Origin: Rhodospirillales bacterium
GTDB lineage: Bacteria; Pseudomonadota; Alphaproteobacteria; ATCC43930; CGMCC-115725
Direction: 5' to 3'
Length of the DNA stretch: 64,000 nt
Assembly: GCA_947473305.1 (NCBI GenBank)
Contig: CANJCB010000010.1
Span: 25,967 to 89,966, forward strand
Within the stretch, counting starts at the first letter, position 1. Each line of letters starts with the position of its first letter. Position numbers and translations under genes: made by a program. Below, in pieces: positions 36,871-44,887 of the stretch. The notes under the pieces are model-generated. The model was given only the letters and a program-made list of their open reading frames with translations, ran no database searches and was not told the origin of the DNA.

Positions 36871-37236
36871 ATGCCAGGAAATCCGGGACCGGGATATGCG
36901 AAGAAACCCGACCATAAAGTCGTTCTGGAACGGGAGCCTCGGCGCGTCCAGGTCCGTCGCGGCGGCGAGGTCCTGGTCGACAGCGACGCGGCGCTCGTCA
37001 TGCAGGAAACCGGGCATGGACCCACCTATTATCTTCCGCGCCGCCATGCCCGGATGGAAAAGTTCCGGCGCACCGACCATTCGAGCTATTGCCCCTTCAA
37101 GGGGACGGCCTCCTATTTCTCGCTGGAGGACGCGGAAAACGCGGTCTGGAGCTATGAGACGCCTTACGATGAGATGGCCGGGATCCAGGAATATCTCGCC
37201 TTCTATCCCGACAAGGTCGAGATCACCCTGCTCTGA
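36871..37236 (+). CDS. DUF427 domain protein
   Basis: ORF 36820..37236, start moved to ATG 36871 (GAGGAGAGG SD upstream). YYLPRRH...CPFKGTASYFSL...AVWSYETPY is the DUF427 signature. Confidence 0.7.
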   Translation: MPGNPGPGYAKKPDHKVVLEREPRRVQVRRGGEVLVDSDAALVMQETGHGPTYYLPRRHARMEKFRRTDHSSYCPFKGTASYFSLEDAENAVWSYETPYDEMAGIQEYLAFYPDKVEITLL

Positions 37237-37328
37237 GAGAGACGCTGTCGGTTTGAGTCCGGGATAAGCGAAGGCGCCACCCTGAAGCCCTGGGCGAGGC
37301 TGGACACAGGCTTCGCCGCTGTGTCAAC

Positions 37329-37357
37329 CTGCCGTCATCTTTCAGAAAAATGACGGC
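37329..37357. promoter_or_regulatory. inverted repeat TGCCGTCAT-N11-ATGACGGCA upstream of the MAL-like gene
   Basis: Perfect 9-bp arms read from the sequence. Ends ~12 nt before ATG 37370 and abuts the SD. Confidence 0.3.
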
Positions 37358-37369
37358 AAGGGGCTCGGC

Positions 37370-38608
37370 ATGAAGGTTCAGCAGGTGATCTGTGCGGCCG
37401 GGCGATCCGGCTACATGCACCGCGACCTCATGGCGATCAAAGCGGGCGCAAAACCCAACGGCTATCTCTTCGAGGGAAAGCCCATAACACCGGGTTTTCG
37501 CAAGATCGCCGAGGCCGCGACCATCGTTTCCATCATGCTCGTTCTGGAGGACGGGCAGATCGCTTTCGGCGATTGCGCCGATGTGATCTTGGCGGGTGCT
37601 GCCGGCCGGGATCCTGCGTTTCATGCGGAAGACCACATCGATTACATCCAGGGCGAGGTGGCGGAAGCGCTACAGGGCCGGGATGTCTCCGCTTTCCGTG
37701 CCCATGCGGAGGAAATGGAAGGCTTCCAGCACAAGGGGAAACCGCTTCACACCGCGATCCGCTACGGGGTGAGCCAGGCGCTCGTCCATGCCTCGGCTCT
37801 GGCGGGCAGGCTCACCATGGCCGAGGTGATCGCGCGGGACTACGGCAGCACGATCTCCAAGACCTCGATCCCGATCCTGGCCTCCTGCCAGACCGACGAT
37901 CCGATGCAGCTCGACCGGGTGATTTTGAAACGCCCGGAACTGCTGCCCCATGCCTCTTTCACGGTGGTGAAGGACCATGTGGGGCTACGGGGCGAGAAGC
38001 TGCACGCCTATGCCTTGAAGGTGGCGAACCGGATCAAGGAGATCGGCGACAAGGACTATCACCCGCGCATCCATCTCGATATCTATGGCACACTCGGCGA
38101 GCTTTTCGAGATGAACCTCGATCGCATCGCGGATTACATCGGCACGTTAAGCGAGGCGGTCAGCCCTTTCTTCTTCCTTCTGGAATCGCCGATCATCGCG
38201 AAGACGCAGGCAGCTCAGGTCGAGAGCTACAGTAAGCTCGGCGCGATGCTTCGCCAGAAGGGCATTCCGGTAAAGCTGGTCCTCGACGAATGGTGCAATA
38301 CGGTCGAGGATGTGAAGCTCTTCACCGATGCCAAGTCGGGCGATTTCCTCCAGATCAAGACGCCGGATCTGGGCGGCATCGGCAATACGATCGAAGCGGT
38401 CCTCTATTGCAAGGCCAACGGCATGGGCGCCAGCCTCGGCGGCACCGCGAACGAGACCGACCAATCCGCGCGGGTGACGGCCCATATCGGCCTCGCCTGC
38501 CAGCCGGATTTCGTGATGTCGAAACCGGGGCTTGGGGCCGACGAGGCGCTCATGATCCAGACCAACGAGATGGCCCGCACGCTGGCGATCCTGCAGGCAA
38601 GGCGATAA
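37370..38608 (+). CDS. mal: methylaspartate ammonia-lyase (3-methylaspartase) family protein
   Basis: 412 aa, collinear with clostridial MAL as I recall it. Shared blocks: LVLEDGQIAFGDC, GRDP, LHTAIRYG, LLPHA, HLDIYGT, DEWCNTVEDVK, QIKTPDLGG, YCKANGMGA, ANET. Confidence 0.85.
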   Translation: MKVQQVICAAGRSGYMHRDLMAIKAGAKPNGYLFEGKPITPGFRKIAEAATIVSIMLVLEDGQIAFGDCADVILAGAAGRDPAFHAEDHIDYIQGEVAEALQGRDVSAFRAHAEEMEGFQHKGKPLHTAIRYGVSQALVHASALAGRLTMAEVIARDYGSTISKTSIPILASCQTDDPMQLDRVILKRPELLPHASFTVVKDHVGLRGEKLHAYALKVANRIKEIGDKDYHPRIHLDIYGTLGELFEMNLDRIADYIGTLSEAVSPFFFLLESPIIAKTQAAQVESYSKLGAMLRQKGIPVKLVLDEWCNTVEDVKLFTDAKSGDFLQIKTPDLGGIGNTIEAVLYCKANGMGASLGGTANETDQSARVTAHIGLACQPDFVMSKPGLGADEALMIQTNEMARTLAILQARR

Positions 38609-38630
38609 CCGACGGAAAGAGAGAACCTTA

Positions 38631-40235
38631 ATGATGCAATCGTCCGAAGTGAGACGGCAGGGTGCGGCGTGGCTCGGCGCGGTTCTGGCCATGGCGCTGC
38701 CGGTTGCGGCTTTTGCTGCCGATGAGACGCCCCGCATGGGCGGGACGGCCATCGCGGTGCTCGCCTCGGATCCCGCGGTGCTCAATCCCGATGTCAGCGT
38801 CGGCGTGCCCGATATCTTCGCGGGCTGCATCCTGCATGACGCCCTGATTCGCTTCGGCGAAGGCTTCAAGATCGTCCCCTCGCTTGCGAAATCCTGGGAG
38901 ATCGCGCCGGATGCGCTGACCTATACCTTCCATTTGGGAGACGCGAGCTTCTCGGACGGGAAGCCGATGACCTCCGAGGACGTCAAATTCACCCTGACGG
39001 AGATCAGCTCCAAATACGGCGCCAAGTTCAGCACGCCGGGCAAGGCGATCAAGGACATCGAGACGCCCGACCCCAAGACAGTGGTCATCCACCTGTCGCG
39101 CCCCTTCGGTCCCTTTCTCTTTTCGATGGCCTGCGAGCAGAACGCCGCGATCATGCCGGCCCATATCTATCGGGGTACGGAGATTCTGAAGAATCCCGCC
39201 TCGCTGACCACGCCGGTCGGCGTCGGACCGTTCCTGCTCAAGGACTGGCAGCGCGGCAACAAGATGACCTTCACCCGGAACCCGAACTACTGGAACAAGG
39301 GCAAGCCCTATCTCGACGAGATCATCATCCGGATGATGCCGGAATCGTCCTCGCGCATCCTGGCGCTCCAGGCGGGCGAGATCGACTACATCAACGAATA
39401 TTATTTCCCGCTCAGCTCCTACCAGATGTTCAAGAACGACCCCCGCTTCCAGGTGGAGGACGTGAGTTATCCGGGCGACGATCTCATCATCTTCAACACG
39501 CGGAAAGCCCCGCTCGACAAGCGCGAGGTGCGCCAGGCGCTGCTGACCGCTTTGGACCGGGCCTATATCCACAAGAACGTCTTCTACGACGTGGGCGGGA
39601 CCGCGGTCAGCGCCATCGATACACGGCTTGAGTGGGCCTATAACCCCGCCGTCAACTACGACAAGATGTATGCCTATGACCCCAAGCGCGCGGCGAAGAT
39701 GCTGGATGACGCCGGCGTGAAGCCCGGGGCGGACGGCGTGCGCTTCACCCTGCGGGTGACCTATGACACGGCGCGGCCGGAATATACCGCTTGGATCCAG
39801 ACCATTCAGCAGAACTGGGGCGCCATCGGGGTCAAGGTCATCTCGGAAGGGGCCGAGCGGCCGGTAGTCCTCAAAAAGGTCTATTCGGACTACGACTTCG
39901 ACGCGACGTTGCAGAACTACACGACCGCGGGCGATCCGGCGCTCGGCGTCTCGCGGATCTATACGACCGAATCGATCCTGAAGGGCGCGAACTTCAACAA
40001 TGCCTCGGGCTATTCCAATCCTGAAGTGGACGAACTCTTCAATCTCGGCCGCGACGCGCCGAACCAGGCGGAGCGCGCCAAGCATTACTTCAAGATGCAG
40101 GAGATCATCGCCCGCGATCTGCCGACCATAACGGCCCATCAGCAGGCCGAGATCGACGCCACGACGATCAAGCTGCGCGACGTCTGGAAGGCGGCGAATT
40201 ATCTCTGGTGGGACCAGATCTGGTTGAAGGAATAG
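38631..40235 (+). CDS. ABC-transporter periplasmic solute-binding protein, family 5, paralog 4 (most divergent)
   Basis: 534 aa with a signal peptide (ALPVAAFAADE). Family-5 blocks (SFSDGKPMTSEDVKFTL, GVGPFLLKDW). Starts 22 nt after the MAL-like stop. Confidence 0.9.
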   Translation: MMQSSEVRRQGAAWLGAVLAMALPVAAFAADETPRMGGTAIAVLASDPAVLNPDVSVGVPDIFAGCILHDALIRFGEGFKIVPSLAKSWEIAPDALTYTFHLGDASFSDGKPMTSEDVKFTLTEISSKYGAKFSTPGKAIKDIETPDPKTVVIHLSRPFGPFLFSMACEQNAAIMPAHIYRGTEILKNPASLTTPVGVGPFLLKDWQRGNKMTFTRNPNYWNKGKPYLDEIIIRMMPESSSRILALQAGEIDYINEYYFPLSSYQMFKNDPRFQVEDVSYPGDDLIIFNTRKAPLDKREVRQALLTALDRAYIHKNVFYDVGGTAVSAIDTRLEWAYNPAVNYDKMYAYDPKRAAKMLDDAGVKPGADGVRFTLRVTYDTARPEYTAWIQTIQQNWGAIGVKVISEGAERPVVLKKVYSDYDFDATLQNYTTAGDPALGVSRIYTTESILKGANFNNASGYSNPEVDELFNLGRDAPNQAERAKHYFKMQEIIARDLPTITAHQQAEIDATTIKLRDVWKAANYLWWDQIWLKE

Positions 40236-40318
40236 GTGGGCGGATAATTGGCGTCCTTTCCGCGCTTCGGAGCGGAGAGGGAGATTCTTGAACATTTGCG
40301 GACAGGGGAACCGGGGGA

Positions 40319-41479
40319 ATGAGGCTCGAAAAAGCGGTCAATATCGAAGACCTTCACAAGATGTCGAAGCGGTATCTGCCGCGCGCGGTCTTCGATTTCG
40401 TGGAGGGGGGCTGCGAAGACGAGATCGGGATCGCCCATAATGAGACCGCCTTTGCCGCGTATCGGCTGATCCCGCGCTATCTGGTGGATATCCGGGAGCG
40501 TTCCCACGAGACCTCGCTTTTCGGGCGGACCTATTCCCTGCCGTTCGGCATAGCGCCGACCGGTGGGGTGGGGCTCGCTCGGCGGGGCATGGAATGCATG
40601 CAGGCGGCCGAGGCCGCCGCGGCGAATATCCCCTTCATTCTCTCCGGCGCCAGCAATAGCTCCATCGAAGAGACCTTCAAGCATGCGCCCCAGCATATGT
40701 GGTACCAGCTCTACGCCTCCAAGGAACTCAAGGACTCGGAGGATATGATCCGCCGCGCTAAGGATGTCGGCGTCGGCACCCTGGTGATCACGGTGGATAC
40801 GCCGCTGCGCTCACGGCGCGAGCGAAATATTCGCAACGGCTTCACCTCGCCCCGGTCGATGGGCCTCGGCACCATGCTGGAGGCGGCTACTCATCCCGGC
40901 TGGCTCCTGGAATATCTCCGCTGCGGTGGCGAGCCCTATCACGAGACCTGGCGCGCCTATGTGAAGGCGGGAGCCAGCGCCTATGAGGTCTCGACCTATG
41001 TGTCGCAGCATCTTCTCCCGCCCCAATCCTGGGACGAGATCCACCGGCTGCGCCAGCAATGGCCGGGCAAATTCGTAATCAAGGGCATCATGAGTCCAGC
41101 TGATGCCCTGAAGGCGATCGAGATCGGCACGGACGGGATCGTCATCTCCAACCACGGCGGGCGTCAACTCGACCGGGCCCCGTCTTCCATCGAAATGCTG
41201 CCGATCATCAAGGCCGCAGTCGGCGACCGGCTGACACTCATGCTCGACAGCGGCGTGCGGCGTGGCTCGGATATCGTTATCGCCCTCTGCCTGGGCGCAG
41301 AATATGTGTTCACGGGCCGGGCAACGCTCTATGGGGGTATCGCCGGCGGCCGGCCGGGGGTGAAGAAGGCCATCGATATCCTGCGAGCGGAACTCGATGC
41401 CGTGATGGGCCAGATCGGCGCGCCGACCATCGCCAGCCTGGGACCGGACTTCGTTCGATCGCCGTCTTCAGGCCAATAG
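40319..41479 (+). CDS. FMN-dependent alpha-hydroxy-acid dehydrogenase/oxidase (L-lactate / mandelate / glycolate oxidase family)
   Basis: 386 aa. AVFDFVEGGCEDE, WYQLY, VITVDTP, ISNHGGRQLD and DSGVRRGSD motifs. Confidence 0.85.
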   Translation: MRLEKAVNIEDLHKMSKRYLPRAVFDFVEGGCEDEIGIAHNETAFAAYRLIPRYLVDIRERSHETSLFGRTYSLPFGIAPTGGVGLARRGMECMQAAEAAAANIPFILSGASNSSIEETFKHAPQHMWYQLYASKELKDSEDMIRRAKDVGVGTLVITVDTPLRSRRERNIRNGFTSPRSMGLGTMLEAATHPGWLLEYLRCGGEPYHETWRAYVKAGASAYEVSTYVSQHLLPPQSWDEIHRLRQQWPGKFVIKGIMSPADALKAIEIGTDGIVISNHGGRQLDRAPSSIEMLPIIKAAVGDRLTLMLDSGVRRGSDIVIALCLGAEYVFTGRATLYGGIAGGRPGVKKAIDILRAELDAVMGQIGAPTIASLGPDFVRSPSSGQ

Positions 41480-41485
41480 GCATCC

Positions 41486-42088
41486 TTGTCGGGAAACTGG
41501 CGCGACTATTACGAGGCTACGGCCGGACGACCTCCGCGCCGCACCACTCTCGCGGCTTTGGCGGGTTTTTCCCAAGGCGGCGGGGGGCGTTCAGCGGTTG
41601 ATCTCGGTTGTGGCGATGGACGCGACGCCGTGGAGATGCTGCGGCAGGGCTGGACGGTTCTCGCCATCGATGCGGAGCCTGCCGCCATCGAGCGCTTGAG
41701 CGGCCGTTCCGATCTGCCTGGCACAGGCAAGCTCGATCTGTCCTGTGCGCGTTTCGAAGAGATCGACTGGCCTCCCGTCGACCTGGTGAACGCAAGCTTC
41801 TCGCTTCCGCTTTGTCCCCCTTCGGCATTCCCGCGTCTCTGGCGGCGACTCTGTCGGTCATTGAAGCCGGGCGGTCGTTTTTCCGGACAGCTTTATGGCT
41901 TTCGAGACGAATGGGCTGGGTCGTCAGGAACAACTCATCACCATAGGACCGAGGTGGAAAGACTGCTCTCAGGCTTCGATCTCGAATTGTTCGAGGAGGA
42001 GGAGAGCGATGCTTTGACGCCCAGAGGAAAGACGAAGCATTGGCATATCTTCCATATCGTCGGAAGAAAACGCTCTAATATATTCTAA
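41486..42088 (+). CDS. class I SAM-dependent methyltransferase
   Basis: 200 aa, TTG start per the ORF track. Motif I VDLGCGDGRD. The last codons lie in an AT-rich tract. Confidence 0.7.
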   Translation: MSGNWRDYYEATAGRPPRRTTLAALAGFSQGGGGRSAVDLGCGDGRDAVEMLRQGWTVLAIDAEPAAIERLSGRSDLPGTGKLDLSCARFEEIDWPPVDLVNASFSLPLCPPSAFPRLWRRLCRSLKPGGRFSGQLYGFRDEWAGSSGTTHHHRTEVERLLSGFDLELFEEEESDALTPRGKTKHWHIFHIVGRKRSNIF

Positions 42089-42110
42089 TATAAATATTAT
42101 TTATGATTTT
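42075..42110. other. extreme AT-rich tract with repeated TCTAATATA
   Basis: ctaatatattctaatataaatattatttatgatttt read directly. It overlaps the methyltransferase stop codon and starts a 350-bp convergent spacer. Confidence 0.6.
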
Positions 42111-42214
42111 AGGGCTTTGTCGGTCTCGACTCTACAAAATCTGCGATTCACCGAAGATCGAAGGTCGCCGCGCGCTTGGCGGATGACGAGACGTTCCAAA
42201 CCAGGACCGCGCGG

Positions 42215-42249
42215 TTATCCCCGATTTCTGTGGATAACTCTGTGGAAAG
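42215..42249. promoter_or_regulatory. cluster of DnaA-box-like 9-mers
   Basis: TTATCCCCG (42215-42223), TGTGGATAA (42229-42237, perfect complement of TTATCCACA), TGTGGAAAG (42241-42249). A further TGTGGATGA lies at ~42418-42426. Confidence 0.35.
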
Positions 42250-42439
42250 AAGACCGGCCCTATTGGGTGGCCCTTGAGGTCGCGCTGATGATTAAATTCT
42301 AGGCATATCCTGCAAGTCTTTGTTTTTCTTGAGTAGTTGCCAGATTTTTGTGAAGACGATGTAACTGAGCTGTTAAGTTCCTATGACAACTGAATGATCG
42401 GTCCGTTCCCGGTGCGCTGTGGATGAGGGCGCCACAGAC

Positions 42440-44800
42440 TCAGGCTTTCCTGGCCTTTTCGATCGCCCGCCAGATCGCCTGGGGCGTGGCGGGCATGTCG
42501 ATATGGGTGATCCCATAATCGGAAAGCGCATCGACCAAAGCATTCATCACCGCGGGCAGCGACCCCGCGCAGCCCGCCTCGCCGGCGCCTTTTGCGCCCA
42601 GCACATTGGTCGTCGCGGGAACGGGATGGCTTTCGAAGGCGAACATCGGCGCATCGGTGGCGCGGGGCAGCGCGTAGTCCATAAAGGAACCGGTCAGGAA
42701 CTGGCCGTCCGCATCATAGACGGTCCTCTCCATCAAGGCCTGGCCAATGCCTTGGACAATGCCACCATGGGCCTGGCCTTCCACAAGCATGGGATTAACC
42801 AGTGTCCCGAAATCATTGACCATGCTGTATTTCACCACCGAGGTGACGCCGGTTGCCGGATCGACCTCGACTTCGGCGACATGGCAGCCGTTGGGAAAGG
42901 CCGAGGGAACCCCGTCGATCGTCAGCTTGACGTCGAGACTCGCAGGCACATCGGCCGGCAGGGGGAAACCGGCGCGGATCTTGTCCGCCATCTCCATGAT
43001 GCCGAGGCTCCGGTCGGTGCCCGCGATGACGAAGCGGCCCTGGGAAAACTCGATATCCGCCACAGCGGCTTCCAGCATAGCGCCGGCGATGCGCTTGCCT
43101 TGCTCGATCACCTGATCGCTGGCCTTCACGATCGCGGCGCCACTGGTCATGATCGATTTGGACCCGCCGGTGCCGCCTCCCATGATGAGTTCGGCGCTGT
43201 CGCCCTGGAGCAGGCGGATGCGGCCGAAGGGGATCCCCAGCCGCGCGGTCAAGACCTGGGCGAAGGGGGCCGCGTGACCCTGGCCGTAATCGAGGGTGCC
43301 GGTGATGATCGTTACCGTCCCATCCGGCTCGAAGCGGATGCCCCCCATTTCCTTGCCGGGCGGGGCCGTCACCTCCAGGTAGTTGCCGATCCCCCGTCCC
43401 CGCAAGAGGCCGCGTTTCTGGCTTTCGGCCTTGCGGGCGGCAAAGCCGTCCCAATCGCTCGAGATCAAAGCCTTGTCGAGGATGCGGGTGAATTCGCCGC
43501 TGTCGTATGTCATTTCCGAAGCGGCCTTATAAGGCATGGCTTCCGCGGGGATATGATTGCGTCGGCGCAGTTCGATCTGATCGATCCCCATCTCGCGGGC
43601 GGCCTTGTCCACCAGCCGTTCCATGTAGAAATTGCCCTCGGGCCTGCCGGCGCCGCGATAGGCGGCGACCGGCGTGGTGTTGGTGACGACGCAACGGGTG
43701 GAAACCTCGACGAGGGGGGTCCGATAGACGCCGACCACATTCTTGACGGCATTGGCGGTCGAGGGCACCGGCGAGGCCTGGCGAGGATAGGCCCCCAGAT
43801 TGCCGAAGCCCGTCAATCGGACAGCCAGGAACCGTCCCTCGGCGTCGAGGGCCAGTTCGCCGTCCATGTCGTGGTCGCGGCCGTGCGTATCGGACAGGAA
43901 ACTCTCCGAGCGCTCGTCGGTCCATTTCACCGGGCGGCCAAGCGTGCGGGCCGCATGGAAAAGACAGGCGTATTCCGGGAACACAGCCCCCTTCATGCCG
44001 AAGGAGCCGCCGACATTATGGGTTTGCAGCCTGACCTTGTCGGCCGCGATCCCCAGGACTTCCTTGGCCAGATTGTTGCGCAGGCCGAAGACGCCCTGGC
44101 TTCCCGTATGAATTATCCAGCTGTCGTTGGCGGCGTCATGGGAAACGATCGTCGAGCGCGGCTCCATGGCACAGATCACGACGCGGTTGTTGATCAGCCG
44201 CAGGCGTGTGACATGCGCGGCCTTGGCAAAGGCGGCCGCCACCAGCCCGGCATCGCCGAAATGGAAATCCAGGATCGTATTCCCGGGAACATCATCATAA
44301 AGCTGCGGCGCATCCGGAAGAACCGCGGCCCTTGCGTCGGTGACGGCGGGCAAGGAGTCCACATCGACGACGACGGCCTCGGCCGCCTCACGCGCTTCAT
44401 CGATCGTCCTACCGACGACGAAAGCCACGGGCTCCCCAACATAACGGACGCGATCCGAAGCGAGCACGGTCTGCGCGGGCTTCAGCATCGGCGAGCCGTC
44501 GCGGTTGACGGCCCCGCCGCCCGCCGGCATCTGACCTAGCCCCGCGGCGACCAGGTCCGCCGACGTATAGACGCCGAGCACGCCCGGCATGCCCTGCGCC
44601 TCCGTGCTGTCGATCCCCCGAAGGACGCCATGGGCGTGGCGGCTCCGAACCACGACGCCGTAAACCTGTCCCGCCAGATTGATGTCGTCGGTGTAGGTTC
44701 CTTCGCCGCGCAGGAGTTTCGGGTCCTCCGTCCGGGGGACCGGTTGGCCGACGCCGTATTTCTCGATTGGGAAGTCGGCTAAGTCGCTGCGGTTATCCAT
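42440..44800 (-). CDS. xanthine dehydrogenase / CO dehydrogenase family molybdopterin-binding large subunit (form-II CoxL-like)
   Basis: 786 aa. N-terminal GQPVPRTEDPKLLRGEGTYTDD, active-site loop AAYRGAGRPEG (form-II type AYRGAGR), C-terminal GAKGAGEAG. Confidence 0.9.
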   Translation of the reverse strand: MDNRSDLADFPIEKYGVGQPVPRTEDPKLLRGEGTYTDDINLAGQVYGVVVRSRHAHGVLRGIDSTEAQGMPGVLGVYTSADLVAAGLGQMPAGGGAVNRDGSPMLKPAQTVLASDRVRYVGEPVAFVVGRTIDEAREAAEAVVVDVDSLPAVTDARAAVLPDAPQLYDDVPGNTILDFHFGDAGLVAAAFAKAAHVTRLRLINNRVVICAMEPRSTIVSHDAANDSWIIHTGSQGVFGLRNNLAKEVLGIAADKVRLQTHNVGGSFGMKGAVFPEYACLFHAARTLGRPVKWTDERSESFLSDTHGRDHDMDGELALDAEGRFLAVRLTGFGNLGAYPRQASPVPSTANAVKNVVGVYRTPLVEVSTRCVVTNTTPVAAYRGAGRPEGNFYMERLVDKAAREMGIDQIELRRRNHIPAEAMPYKAASEMTYDSGEFTRILDKALISSDWDGFAARKAESQKRGLLRGRGIGNYLEVTAPPGKEMGGIRFEPDGTVTIITGTLDYGQGHAAPFAQVLTARLGIPFGRIRLLQGDSAELIMGGGTGGSKSIMTSGAAIVKASDQVIEQGKRIAGAMLEAAVADIEFSQGRFVIAGTDRSLGIMEMADKIRAGFPLPADVPASLDVKLTIDGVPSAFPNGCHVAEVEVDPATGVTSVVKYSMVNDFGTLVNPMLVEGQAHGGIVQGIGQALMERTVYDADGQFLTGSFMDYALPRATDAPMFAFESHPVPATTNVLGAKGAGEAGCAGSLPAVMNALVDALSDYGITHIDMPATPQAIWRAIEKARKA

Positions 44801-44887
44801 GCTTCCTCATCGTATTAGGTTCTTTGGACAATAGCGGTGTCGGCCTAGGCGCGACAACTGCTTGCTCCGCAAAGGAGGTCCGCGCAG

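Noticed and set aside
42117-42302. 61-aa ORF inside the AT-rich convergent spacer
   Set aside because: It has a Leu-codon (non-ATG) start per the ORF track and no SD, its Arg/Trp-rich sequence covers the DnaA-box cluster, and it has no recognisable fold. The region is more plausibly non-coding.
42419-44539. 706-aa ORF antisense to the CoxL-like gene
   Set aside because: Shadow ORF with a G/R/D/H/A-rich translation. The minus-strand frame carries the AYRGAGR loop and other molybdopterin-subunit motifs.
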